Assembly: GCF_001194135.2 (NCBI RefSeq)
Contig: NC_068986.1
Span: 64,030,354 to 64,094,353, forward strand
Direction of reading: 5' to 3'
DNA length: 64,000 nt
Source: Octopus bimaculoides
Taxonomy: Eukaryota
Part shown: positions 50,613 through 63,854 of the stretch, piece by piece
Layout: every line of letters begins with the position of its first letter
Numbering within the stretch: position 1 is the stretch's first letter
Notes under the pieces: generated by a model
Told to the model about the DNA's origin: nothing
The model's database searches: none
What the model saw: the letters and a program-made list of their open reading frames with translations, nothing else
Position numbers and translations under genes: made by a program

Positions 50613-51452
50613 AATATAATGTATGTGTATATATGTATATAAATGTATTTATATATATGCATGTATATACGTATATACATGTATACATGTTTGTGTTTGT
50701 CTCTGTTTGTTCCCCCACCACCATTACTTCACATCCTATGCAGGTTTTTTTTGCGTCCCCGTAACCTAGTGGTTTAGCAGAGGCTGACAGAATAAGCACC
50801 AGGCTCACAAGGAATAAGTCCAGGGTTCGATTTCTTTGACGAAAAGGTGGTGCTCCAGCATGGCCACCCTCAAATGACTAAAACGAGTAAAAGAATACCA
50901 GAAGAATTTTTTGTACCTCCAAATGAAGAAGTTTCTTTGAATATGTACAATGTATTTTAAGGATAATAGTAACTCTGTGGGCGCTTAACAGAGATATTTT
51001 AGTTGGATTATGTAGTTATCAGTTTTACACTTCTTTCTATATTTTGTAAGTGTCACAATATAGAAACATTTCCCACTGTTCCAGCACACGATTTACAGAT
51101 GCTTACATTTTGTATGTTGTCCGTGAAGTTTCCACAGGACCAGCTAGTGAATAACGATAATAATATTATACATACATGTATAAACATGCACACTGATGCA
51201 CATACATGTGCAGAAACAAACAAACAAAAAGAACTCCACTCTGATAACAGACAGTCAACGACTAATGAAGAGGTTGCAAGAAGTAATGAAAATTTTAGGA
51301 AAGAAAAAATAATAAATAAATAAATGAGTGGAAATTGAACCTGTGAATGTGTTAATTAACAAGGCATTAAAACAGAATGACTCTCCTCAGACACAACAAA
51401 ATAAGAATATTGCTGCAGGTAAAAGAAAAGGAAAAAAAAAAAATCAACTTAC

Positions 51453-51572
51453 TTCTTCCATAACAAGTTTAGGGGAAGCTACTCGTATACTGATTCCTTG
51501 AGCATTTAAGGCCTCTAATACGTCCATGTAATCAAGATTACGACGAGATTTGGCACGGGAAAGTGCTCGGCC
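51453..51572 (-). CDS. RTCB: RTCB exon ([15 protein letters not shown]...[12 protein letters not shown]), 120 nt
   Basis: Near-identical to metazoan RTCB; AG/GT boundaries, phase 0. Confidence 0.95.
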
Positions 51573-52212
51573 CTAATTTAAACAAGAGAAGTTTTATACA
51601 TTTACTAACAGGAAAAACAAAACAAACAAAAAAATAATTTTACATTGAACAATACTTTTCATAAATATCATCATTTAACGTCCGCTTTCCATGCTAGCAT
51701 GGGTTCGGGACTGGCGATGCGGATGGCTACACCAGACTCCAATCTGATCTGGCAGAGTTTCTACAACTGGATGCCCTTCCTAATGCCAACCACTCCAAGA
51801 GTGTAGTGGGTGCTTTTTACGTGCCACCGGCACGAGGGCCAGTCCGGCGGTACTGGCAACGGCCACACTCAAATGGTGTTTTTTATGTGCCACCTGCACA
51901 GGAGTCAGCCAATGTTTTGTTCACATGTCACCAGCACAAGTGCCAGTAAGGCGTAGTTGGAAACGATCGCATTCAAATGGTGCTTTTTACGTGTCACCGG
52001 CATGAGACCACTGCTCTGGCAGTGATTCCACTTGGATGATGTTGTTAGCGCTCCACTGGCACGGGTGCCAGTCATCGAATTTGGTTCAGTTTCGATCTCA
52101 TTTGCCCCAACAGGTCTTCACAAGCTGAACTTAGTGTCTAATGAGTGAAGGTTGGCCTGAGTGCCAGTCATCAAATTTAGTTCAATTTCAATTTCACTTG
52201 CCTCAACAGGTC

Positions 52213-53431
52213 TGGGGTGCGTAAGATATTTGAGGACAGATTTATGTTTATAAAAAACAGCTATATAATAACAGATAGTAACTTTATCAAAAAATGCTAT
52301 GAGGATGAAAATAAACCTTATTTATAATGTTATTCAATAAAGCCACCATCAGCTTCAACAACTGCTTCTATATGAGATCTAAATCATGTACATGCTCAAA
52401 TCAAGTAGTCCTGGTTCATTTTGGACATTACTCTTACTGTGGTACCTTTCAAAGAATCTTTGGTGTTATGGGTGTGTTCATTGACTGTTCTCTCAACAAT
52501 GATCCACATGCAATAGTCCAATGGATTGAGATCTGTGGAATTAGGGGGCCAAATGTTAGGGGTTATGCGATCATGAAAATTTTCAGCCATCCATTCCTGT
52601 GTTACCAAAGCCATGTGTGATAATGCAGAGTCTTACTGAAACACATATGGCCTTCCATTGCATACACTATCTATCCAGGGCTTAACAATTATTTCCAGGA
52701 CCTCAATGTAGGTGGCAGAGTTAACTCTAAGGCCTTGTGGAAAGAAGGAGGCATCACATCTTCATTGCTGGCAATCCCTAAAACCATGAGAGTTGCAGGA
52801 AATTTTGTATGCAAAACACTTGGAACTTCAGAAGGGTCTTTACATAGCCATTTGTCATTTCTTCTGTTAACTTTTTGATCATGGTCGAAGTTTTTCACGT
52901 TTGAGAAAAACCAAATCAAATCTTCTTCTGCTGGATTTTTCAGTTTGTTTAAGAGCCTTTTAGATCTGATGTACTGATTTTCTTTTACTTTTCCTGACAA
53001 ATTGACCTTTCCTCATTATATAAGACTTATATCTGTCTTTGTAGACAACAACTTTCACTGTTCCTTCAGACACATGGAGATCTTTTGCAATTGACGTCAT
53101 ATTGAACTTGCTGGATAAACCCAGGTGTTCTGATGACTTTAGAGTGTTTAGAATGCTCTTTATGCTTTGATACTGGTGATACGTCACCATCTTCAGTCTC
53201 TAGCTCCTTACAAACTTTGTAGACGAAAGATCTAGGAACTTTCAAAATTCAAGATATTTCTGAATTGCTATGCTCAGCCTTTACAGCCACAATGGTAACA
53301 TGCCTCTTCATTTCTTGAGTAAGCTGAGGGTCTGTCATTATTATTTTCTGAAACAAAGATTATACAGAGTTAGCAAAAAATGCAGCAATGACCCAGAAAA
53401 GCTATGTCCTCAAATACCTTACGCACATCTA
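52213..53431 (-). mobile_element. maT-family (DD37D) Tc1/mariner element, defective, in RTCB intron
   Basis: 22-bp TIR core GTGCGTAAGATATTTGAGGACA (52217-52238 vs 53405-53426, 1 mismatch); FQ*DSA...WPPNSTDLNPLDY has 37 residues between the Asp residues. Confidence 0.85.
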
Positions 53432-55874
53432 TAGAAATAAAAATGAGAATGTGTGTCAAAAGTGAAACAAAAACACTCATGTCAAATACTTTCACTTTAA
53501 AAATGAAACTATTCTACTAACTGAAACAATCACATTTCGATACTGTAATGACAGATACTTTCAGAAAGAGAGAAAGAGAGAGAGAGATGTATATGTATAC
53601 ATATAGATGTATATGTACACATTATTCCACTAACTGAAACAATCACATTTCTATACTGTAATGACAGATACTTTCAGAAAGAGAGAGAAAGAGATGTATA
53701 TGTATACATATACATGTATATGTACACGTATATNNNNNNNNNNNNNNNNNNNNNNNNNNNNNNNNNNNNNNNNNNNNNNNNNNNNNNNNNNNNNNNNNNN
53801 NNNNNNNNNNNNNNNNNNNNNNNNNNNNNNNNNNNNNNNNNNNNNNNNNNNNNNNNNNNNNNNNNNNNNNNNNNNNNNNNNNNNNNNNNNNNNNNNNNNN
53901 NNNNNNNNNNNNNNNNNNNNNNNNNNNNNNNNNNNNNNNNNNNNNNNNNNNNNNNNNNNNNNNNNNNNNNNNNNNNNNNNNNNNNNNNNNNNNNNNNNNN
54001 NNNNNNNNNNNNNNNNNNNNNNNNNNNNNNNNNNNNNNNNNNNNNNNNNNNNNNNNNNNNNNNNNNNNNNNNNNNNNNNNNNNNNNNNNNNNNNNNNNNN
54101 NNNNNNNNNNNNNNNNNNNNNNNNNNNNNNNNNNNNNNNNNNNNNNNNNNNNNNNNNNNNNNNNNNNNNNNNNNNNNNNNNNNNNAGATATACTTTCATT
54201 GTGATTTCTGCAATGTGGTACATAAATTGTCAAGTAAATGAGACGCATCTTTGCCTCCACTGATTCACTTGCAAAGTGTTGAGTAAAATTATTTCGTTGC
54301 AGACCTCCTTTGGGTCTTTTTATTATCACTACGACACACATAGTCCCCAGTTGGTAACATTGATTTCAAGGCCCTCCTAGATGAGAGACTGGCATTCCAC
54401 TTAATGTCTATGTTCCATGCTGGCATGGATTGGAGAGTTATTAATGTAGAAATATGGTATCGTAGCTACTAACAGTTGAGGGTTGTGTAGTCTAGATGGC
54501 GTTTTTAGATTTCATTATTCTCTTTAACCCGGGCAAAGCCGGGTATTTCTGCTAGTTGTATATATAGACAAAGGAGTGGCTGTGTTATAAGTATCTTGCT
54601 TCCCAACCACACGGTTCTTGGGTTCAGTCCCACTGTGTGGCACCTTGGGCAAGTGTCTTCTACTATAGCCTCAGGCCAATCAAAGCCTTGTGAGTGGATT
54701 TGGTAGATGGAAACTGAAAGAAGCCCATCATATATCATCATCCAGTGTTTTAAATCCGGGTTTTGTCCCCGTTAACGAGGGTGGCCTGATATACCTCAAT
54801 ACCATAGCAACTGAGGTAGGCAGGTGCAGCCCACCCCAACCTTTGGGCTGGCTGGTGCCCATTGGATTTTTTATGGGGAGTATGCCCTTGCTTACCCCCC
54901 AACCTCAGTGGTCTCCAGACCAAGGCCTCTACCATGATTTTTAAGAAATGCAGTAGAAAACTAGATCAGGAAGGCAGAGATGCTACTCCCTGAGACCCCT
55001 TTTGGAGCCCCACTACCCTATATACATATATATATATAATGTGCAGGAGTGGCTGTGTGGTAAGTAGCTTGCTTAACAACCACATGGTTCCGGGTTCAGT
55101 TCTACTGCGTGGCACCTTGGGCAAGTGTCTTCTACTATAGCCTTGGGCCGACCAAAGCCTTGTGAGTGGATTTGGTAGATGGAAACTGAAAGAAGCCCGT
55201 CGTATATATATTTGTGTGTCTGTATTTGTCTCTCCACCATTGCGTGACGACCGATGCNNNNNNNNNNNNNNNNNNNNNNNNNNNNNNNNNNNNNNNNNNN
55301 NNNNNNNNNNNNNNNNNNNNNNNNNNNNNNNNNNNNNNNNNNNNNNNNNNNNNNNNNNNNNNNNNNNNNNNNNNNNNNNNNNNNNNNNNNNNNNNNNNNN
55401 NNNNNNNNNNNNNNNNNNNNNNNNNNNNNNNNNNNNNNNNNNNNNNNNNNNNNNNNNNNNNNNNNNNNNNNNNNNNNNNNNNNNNNNNNNNNNNNNNNNN
55501 NNNNNNNNNNNNNNNNNNNNNNNNNNNNNNNNNNNNNNNNNNNNNNNNNNNNNNNNNNNNNNNNNNNNNNNNNNNNNNNNNNNNNNNNNNNNNNNNNNNN
55601 NNNNNNNNNNNNNNNNNNNNNNNNNNNNNNNNNNNNNNNNNNNNNNNNNNNNNNNNNNNNNNNNNNNNNNNNNNNNNNNNNNNNNNNNNNNNNNNNNNNN
55701 NNNNNNNNNNNNNNNNNNNNNNNNNNNNNNNNNNNNNNNNNNNNNNNNNNNNNNNNNNNNNNNNNNNNNNNNNNNNNNNNNNNNNNNNNNNNNNNNNNNN
55801 NNNNNNNNNNNNNNNNNNNNNNNNNNNNNNNNNNNNNNNNNNNNNNNNNNNNNNNNNNNNNNNNNNNNNNNNNN

Positions 55875-55905
<31 letters not shown>

Positions 55906-56203
55906 GTGTGTATATGCTTGTCCCCGCAACATCGCTTGACAACTGATGCTGGTGTTTACATCCCCGTAACTTAGTGGTTCGGCAAAAGACACTGATAGAA
56001 TAAGTACTAGGCTTACAAAGAATAAGTCCTGGGGTCGATTTGCTTGACTAAAGGCAGTGCTCCAGCATGGTCGCAGTCAAATGACTAAAACAAGTGAAAG
56101 AATAAAAGAAAGAATACATAAACTTCCTATATAATTACCCCCAATCTCCGACCATAAACAAAATGTAATATCAATTTTTATGTCAAAAAAATAGGACACT
56201 CAC

Positions 56204-56314
56204 AGCTCCATGACATGTTGTTCCAAATGTATCTTCCATTCCCTGATCAGTACCAGTCAGTACATAACTACAAGTTCCCATTGTTCCACCAATCAAAACA
56301 GGTTGACCAGTTAA
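56204..56314 (-). CDS. RTCB: RTCB exon ([21 protein letters not shown]...FGTTCHGA), 111 nt
   Basis: Contains the conserved PVLIGGTMG motif and the CHGA catalytic His motif; AG/GT, phase 0. Confidence 0.95.
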
Positions 56315-56699
56315 CTGTATTAAAGAAAAGATAAAAATACACAGGTCATCTTTGTTCTTAAAGACAAGCAAGATTAAATAACCAGATAAGTATTCATTAC
56401 ATGTTCTGCTGCAATAGTTAGTGACAAGAACATGTGAGTATAAAAAAAATCCCGAAGTATGACATTATGAAAAACAGTTTGAGCAATCTAGATATGCAGA
56501 AGAATTGTATCCTAGACCCGCCTAGCCAATATATTCTTGGTAAAAATGATTATAACATCCGTAACACTGTTGTTACTGTTTTCTGTTTTAACCTATCCAT
56601 TTTGGATACTGAAGCTAAAGCACTATACTTTCCCAGATTTATATCTAACATTCCAGTCAGTGATTTCTTCTTAAGATTTGAAGTGACTGAACACTTTGT

Positions 56700-58082
56700 C
56701 ATGTATTCTGGTAGTGGGTGGATCCAGCACATTGAGATTGTAGGGCATGACATGTTCAATACTGTGTATGCCCTCCCTGGGTGTTCAGAATGGCCATACA
56801 CCGTTGGTACATGGAATGAATGAGGCAGTTCACAAAAGCCATTGCCAACTGTGCCCACACCCTGAGGAAAGCTGCTTCCAGTTCCACATGAGTTGTTGGC
56901 TTTGGGACCACCTGGTTCAGCAGTGTCTGGATTTCATTCCACAGGTGTTCAATTGGGTTCAAATCTGGGCTGAGTGCCGGCCATGGCATGGTTTGGCTGT
57001 TGCGCTGACACAGGAAGTTCGTGGTGACCATGGCTGTGTGGGAGGGAGCATTGTCTTGCTAGAACACATGGCTATGGTGATGCATGAAGAAAGACATGAT
57101 GTGAGGTCTTAGGCTCTGGTCAATGTAGCGCTGCACTGTGATACCATTCCCTCTGCTGGCACCAACATTTTGGAACACATGGGGCCCAATTCTCTGATTC
57201 AGGCCTATAGCGCCCCAAACTATGATGCTTTGGCCACCCCACACGTTTCTCTCCATGATACATGCATCTCTGTAGCATTCACCCCCTCCTACACCACACC
57301 TCACTCTGCCATCCGAGGTGGAAACGCAGCACTGGCTCAGAGAAGACTACTGATCTCCATTGTTGATGCCGTCAGTGTCGGTGCTGTGTAGCCCACTGTA
57401 GTCATGCCTGATGATGGTGAGCAGTGAAGACAGGCCCTCAAGCTGGACAATGGCAATGCAGGTTGTTGGCGGCCAGTCGACATCATACTGTGTCATCGCT
57501 GATGGGTCATTATCCAGTGTCTTGTGAGCTGTCACACTGGATGGTCTGAAGCGATCATGGAGGTGTTGCAGATGGATGAAGTAGTCCTGCCTGGAGGAGT
57601 GGTCACCTGGGGGCGCCCTCTGCGGGCATGGTCTGCAGTGCTATTGGTGTTGTATCGCTGCTGCAGGGGAGAGATGGTGTTGACATGGACATTGTAAACT
57701 TTTGCAACAACTAGGGCACACTGCCCTGCTTGCAATTAGCTGATAGCTTGTTCTCTCTGTGCTGCTGACAACAGTTCATACCTGATGTGTCCAAATTACA
57801 AATGTCAGGAACACAGTTCAAGTTGATTTTTATACTCATGATCTCCACAAGATGCACGTGCATTTCACTTTTCATGACAATTGTTTACAACTGTCACCCA
57901 TGGCATTCAATGCAGCTGTGTTTTGGCGTTTCAGGCAAGTTGAAAAGTTACCTGCAATTTGGGTCTCAGCCATGAACCAGTATGTCTTGGAATATTTACA
58001 CTTACATCCCCAAAATAAATTTTCAGAATTTACCATATAAAAATGACATTTGAAAAAGTCGCATTTCTTTTGCAGTTCAGTG
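56700..58082 (-). mobile_element. Tc1 (DD34E) element, defective, one TIR visible, in RTCB intron
   Basis: TA-CACTGAACTGCAAAAGAAATGC terminus at 58082; F*QDNAPSH...WPALSPDLNPIEHLW (34-residue spacing); RRGRPQVTT HTH linker. Left boundary approximate. Confidence 0.85.
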
Positions 58083-58941
58083 TATGTGGAAACAATATGC
58101 GCGCACACACACACACAATCACCATCATTTAATATTGTTTTTTTTTTTTTAACTATTTTGGTGGTACACTACTACACGAGTCAGTTCTTATTTGGAGTTA
58201 TTGGCCTCCTAGATGGTTTAGAAACTATGCTTCACACATGCATTCCATTTCCCGCATAGTTTCTATGGTTGGAAGTCCTTAACACCACCATTGTACAGAG
58301 GGTACATGGATGCTTTTATTGTGGCACCAAACACACACACACACATAAAAAATCAATCCTATTTTCATTAAAAAAAAAAAAATGAAAATGCTCAATTTTC
58401 CATTGCCATATTAAGTCCACAACTTGAAAAAAAAACTTGATCAACCCAGGTGGTGGTGGTTGTTTAGTTCCTGATCACCCTACATAAGATATTAATAAAT
58501 ATATATTTGAAATAATATCCATATGTATTTAATCTTAAAATATAAACAATGACACAGGTTGAAAGCTTCACTTTAATTAGTAATGCACCATTGTATTAGG
58601 TACTAGTTTGTCATATTTAAAATGACAGGCTAAACTTGAACTCAACACTGCTAGTTAATGATACACTTATCAATTTAGCATTACTGCTTATAGCACCAAG
58701 TTGTTTCTACTCTGCAAAAAGTAGAAATAAGCCATTTCAAAGTTAGGTGTCTTGGTCACAAACTCAATACAGTATCCCTGACAGGATGTGAACTGTCAAT
58801 CTCTTGGATGGTTGCTATCACCTATGCAGATTCTTAGAAACATATAAGAAGGTCTAAAATTGAACCAGAATGAGAACATTAAAAATTCGTCTAGCTTGAA
58901 AAAACAATATTATTGATAAAATCCTCAAAAGCAAAACATAC

Positions 58942-59130
58942 CTGGTAGTCTACAGGAATGAGAGGATGATGCGGAGGAAATGCTCGTGTCGACCCCTTTC
59001 GATGTACCAATAGGCTTGTCTGCTTGCCGTCAATAAAGTGTTCTTCTACTTTAGCAATGTTGTGTGAGACATCGTAAATCACATGCATATCCAGGTCATC
59101 AGGAGTGCTGTTGAAGATTTTGGCGAAAGC
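58942..59130 (-). CDS. RTCB: RTCB exon ([27 protein letters not shown]...[21 protein letters not shown]), 189 nt
   Basis: DVSHN and HRKG metal/substrate motifs of RtcB; AG/GT, phase 0. Confidence 0.97.
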
Positions 59131-60592
59131 CTGACCAAAAATTTAAAAGGTTTTAATATTATATTCAAATAAAATAGACAACATAAAAAATAGTAGTATG
59201 CACACACACAGATGTAAGTTATATATAAACACACATTTTTTTAACCTTTTAGTCAAAGGAAAGCCAGTGCAAATGATGTTTTTCAGAGCTTTTCAGATAA
59301 GTGAAAAGGGAGGAAGGAAGGTATCCTCAAACCAGAGACTTGGCCTGAATGTTTGCAACAGAATTGACTCTGCTAAAGTGTTAAATTGGGTGATGGACTA
59401 TGTCTATCATCAAAGAAGGTCTTGCTGAGATTTGAACTTAGAACATGGAACGAATATCATGACACACCCAACCCAACATTCTTACAGTTTGCTTAATCCA
59501 CAGCACTAGACTGGTTTTTTTGTTTTTCAGCTCTGAAAAGATAATAGACAAAGCTGATCTCAGTCAGATTTGAACTTAGAGCACAGAAAGTCAGAGGAAA
59601 TACCCAAAGATATTCTATCCAATGTTCTAATTCTCATCACTGAACATCCATTTTGCCAGGTTTGCATGAGTTGGCCAGAATTTATTGAGGCAGATTTTCT
59701 ACAGCAGGATACTCTTTCTGTGGCCAACACTTGTTTCCAGGCAAGGTAATATTTCCCCATGGTCAAACATTTTTGCAGAATGTTGGAAATGAATGATATT
59801 TACAACAATTACACAATATCAAAACAAAAGAAGACATAAGCACACACACACATATATGAAGGGCTTCTTTCAGTTTCTGTTTACCAAAAAATTCACTCAC
59901 ACTGCTTTGGTTAGAAAACACTTGCCCAAGGTGCCACAAAGTGAGATGAACTTGAAACCATGTTGTTGGGAAGTAAACTTCTTAACCACATAGCCACACC
60001 TGACTGCCAATTTGCTGTCTGTATGCATATATACAGACTTTCTCTGATACACATAAGTCTTCTAGTATGTAAATAGAGGTCCTAAAAATTGATATTTGTA
60101 CAAATGAATGGCTCTTCAGTATTAGTTTATTTTTATTAACAGAGCAGTATCCACTTATCTATGGTTAGATATTTGTTTACAATTAAAATAATGTGCTTTG
60201 TTTGTAACTATTTTAATAGGAATCTATAAATGAGAAAGGCCTCATCTTTAAGGTGTTAACATTTATGGTGGCAAGCCGGCAGAATTGTCAACACAACGGG
60301 CAAAATGCTTTGCGGCATTTCACCTGTCTTTATGTTCTGAGTTCAAATTCTGCCGAGATTGACTTTGCCTTTCATCCTTTCAGATTCGATGAAATAAGTA
60401 CCAGTTGAGCACTGGAGTCGATGTAATCGACTTATCCTCTCCATCGAACTTGCCAGCCTTGTGATAGAATTTGAAACTAATATTTATGGCTGCTGATTAT
60501 TTCTGACGATCTACTGTGAAGAGTTTTTCATTTCATATGTTGTATTTTTAATAACAGCATTAAAGTAATAGGATGGTACAGAAAGAATCTAC

Positions 60593-60768
60593 CTGTCTGG
60601 AAAGGAATGTCATGCTAGTCCGGTTGACCCAAGCATAGTTTGCAGCTGCAGCCATGCTTTTAAGGTAATCTTGACCTTCTTGAGAGTTGATTTGCGCACA
60701 GGCAAGTTGACGGTCATTCACTTCAATTTTGTCCCGCTTCATTGCTTTCTCCATGGCAACTAAAGCAT
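60593..60768 (-). CDS. RTCB: RTCB exon ([25 protein letters not shown]...[19 protein letters not shown]), 176 nt; upstream exons lie outside the window or in a gap
   Basis: Matches the RTCB DRQLAC and [10 protein letters not shown] motifs; acceptor TTTGTAG|, donor CAG|GTAGAT. Confidence 0.95.
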
Positions 60769-62342
60769 CTACAAATTTACAAAGAACAAAAGAGAAAAAA
60801 GTGAATATGTAAATAATTACATGAACAATAATCTGCTTACACGGTTCATAAAATCTGGTCTTCTTAACTTTAGAAGACAAAAGACAATGTAATTGCTCCC
60901 TAATGAACTTTAATGAAAATGATACTAGTTGGATTAATCTTCTCTTCTAGCTACTGAAACTCCTGGGGTTTATTTAAACCTTTCTTTTACTTTTGGACCC
61001 CTTTGATTTTTATTTTACTTGGATGGACCCTTATAGATATTTGATGTTTAAAAATACTATTATATTTTTTATAATTAAATATTATTAGGAACTGTATGAA
61101 AAAACCAGTGACTATATCTAGTGAACTGTAGAAGTATAATTGATTTATTACCAACAAAATCCTATATGGAACCCACCAAGGGCCATATGGACCCTGGTTG
61201 AGAACTGCTGATCTAAAGGATATATTTTCACAGAGACTAAAAATACATTTATTAAAAATATTTCACTTCCATACAGTTATTTACAACCATGCTGTATTTA
61301 TATTGCTATTATTATTAAATCGTAGTGCAAGAGATACAGTGAAATCACACAGGCAGTATGACAGAAAAGAAGGACTTTATAGTTAGCAAATACTCAAGTG
61401 GTTTGGTAGTTGTTGATAGCTTCTTATTTTTCCCACAAGGGGCTAAACATAGAGGGGACAAACAAGGACAGACAAAGGTATTAAGTCGATTACATCGACC
61501 CCAGTGCATAACTGTTACTTAATTTATTGACCCCAAAAGGATGAAAGGCAAAGCCGACCTCAGCAGAATTTGAACTCAGAACGTAATGGCAGACAAAATA
61601 CCGCTAAGCATTTCACCCAGCGTGCTAATGTTTCTGTCAGCTCGCAGTCTTCTGTTGTTGATAGCTTCTATTACCTAAGTGACATAATTAGCTGTGGAGG
61701 TGTGTATTCTGAAAGAATAGAATCCAGAGTAAGGATAAGGTGGAGAAAATGCATAGAGCTATTGCTTCTGTTGGTAATATAATGTAATTCTTTCTCCAAT
61801 GGAAGAGCAGAGTATATGATGTTTGGGTATGAAGAGCCATATAGACTGCAAGTGAAGGGAGAGGATGTGTGAATGCTGATTAGAAATAAGGCCAACATGC
61901 TCCAATAAGTGTATAATGTTAGCATGCATAAATGATGGAGAGTTTTTTTAACCTAGGGTAAATTTGAATACAAGAGGAATCGGCTAACGTGTACTTGTCT
62001 CTCCTCATCTTGACATTATGTGATAGCTGTAAATGAGAATCACTGTCATACAAGTGATGCCATTTGCTTTGAATCTTCCATGAAAGCATGTCTGGTCATG
62101 GTGACACATTACTTTGCAAGGAAATAGATAAGGGTTGGCAACAGGAAGGACATCCAATCAGACTATTCACATCAAAGAATGCCAACTAGCTCATGCATGC
62201 ATGGAAAAGTGGACGTCACAATGAGGATGAATCCCAATGTTATACTATGGCAAAGCTATATGTTTTAAGTATATAAACGTTTTAAACATAATATACTTTC
62301 ACATACTGAAGTGAATTAGTTTCTTGCTATAAGTGCCCCCTA

Positions 62343-62383
<41 letters not shown>

Positions 62384-63297
62384 NNNNNNNNNNNNNNNNN
62401 NNNNNNNNNNNNNNNNNNNNNNNNNNNNNNNNNNNNNNNNNNNNNNNNNNNNNNNNNNNNNNNNNNNNNNNNNNNNNNNNNNNNNNNNNNNNNNNNNNNN
62501 NNNNNNNNNNNNNNNNNNNNNNNNNNNNNNNNNNNNNNNNNNNNNNNNNNNNNNNNNNNNNNNNNNNNNNNNNNNNNNNNNNNNNNNNNNNNNNNNNNNN
62601 NNNNNNNNNNNNNNNNNNNNNNNNNNNNNNNNNNNNNNNNNNNNNNNNNNNNNNNNNNNNNNNNNNNNNNNNNNNNNNNNNNNNNNNNNNNNNNNNNNNN
62701 NNNNNNNNNNNNNNNNNNNNNNNNNNNNNNNNNNNNNNNNNNNNNNNNNNNNNNNNNNNNNNNNNNNNNNNNNNNNNNNNNNNNNNNNNNNNNNNNNNNN
62801 NNNNNNNNNNNNNNNNNNNNNNNNNNNNNNNNNNNNNNNNNNNNNNNNNNNNNNNNNNNNNNNNNNNNNNNNNNNNNNNNNNNNNNNNNNNNNNNNNNNN
62901 NNNNNNNNNNNNNNNNNNNNNNNNNNNNNNNNNNNNNNNNNNNNNNNNNNNNNNNNNNNNNNNNNNNNNNNNNNNNNNNNNNNNNNNNNNNNNNNNNNNN
63001 NNNNNNNNNNNNNNNNNNNNNNNNNNNNNNNNNNNNNNNNNNNNNNNNNNNNNNNNNNNNNNNNNNNNNNNNNNAATCGCATAACCCCCACCCCTAATTT
63101 TCCATGACTGGTTAGGGCCTGAAATACTCTAAACAGATACATAGTATGTTGCTTAGTCAAATTAGCCCATCATTTACTCCACAAATGCTTTGTTGTCAAT
63201 GCTGCACTTTCCCATATCACCTGTTTCAACATAACTGTAATATATTATATACAAACTATGTAATTTTAATCCTGAGCAATGCCGGGTATCTCTGCTA

Positions 63298-63346
<49 letters not shown>

Positions 63347-63854
63347 AGGACTTGCTACCTATACCCAAGAAATGGACCATGCACAGAGGTATGTATAGAT
63401 TATTTTCAAAACACAATTTCTGTAATTCATTGTGGTAGCATACGTTTCTCTTTGAGAGTGGACCTGTTTGTACCCAAGAAATGGACTTGCTGTTTGCACC
63501 CAAGAAATGGGCAACACACAGGTTATAATTTATTTCTATAACATAACAATTTAAAGGAATGTTAAAGAGAATTTATTTTAATAACATGAACTGTCTGTAT
63601 AGAGAATCAAATAAAAAAAAAATGAAAAACTGAAAGTTTTGTAAATAGGGGTAGGGTAAGGTTGAATATTTAAGAGAATTTGTAGCATGTAAGAGGTTTG
63701 TAAGCAATTCCAGAACAACAAAATCCGTTACTTTCACTGCAAAATTTAAATTTCGTTTGTGTCTAAATATTTTCGTTCTTTGAAACCATATATATATATC
63801 GATTTAAATGAGAGCTCGAAACTGATCCATTGAAAATACTTTATTGTAGTAATG

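Noticed and set aside
53518-53733. Tandem duplication of about 112 bp next to a gap
   Set aside because: Near-identical copies at a contig end beside microsatellite; likely an assembly artefact or trivial duplication. Its CTGAAAG...GAAA string lacks a canonical core.
60504-60530. CTGACGA...GAAG
   Set aside because: GAAG instead of GAAA and no supporting helices.
46382-60768. RtcB as a bacterial RNA-repair operon or horizontal acquisition
   Set aside because: Spliceosomal GT-AG exons and a metazoan-type sequence show it is the ordinary nuclear tRNA-splicing ligase gene; no rtcA, rtcR or Ro partner nearby.
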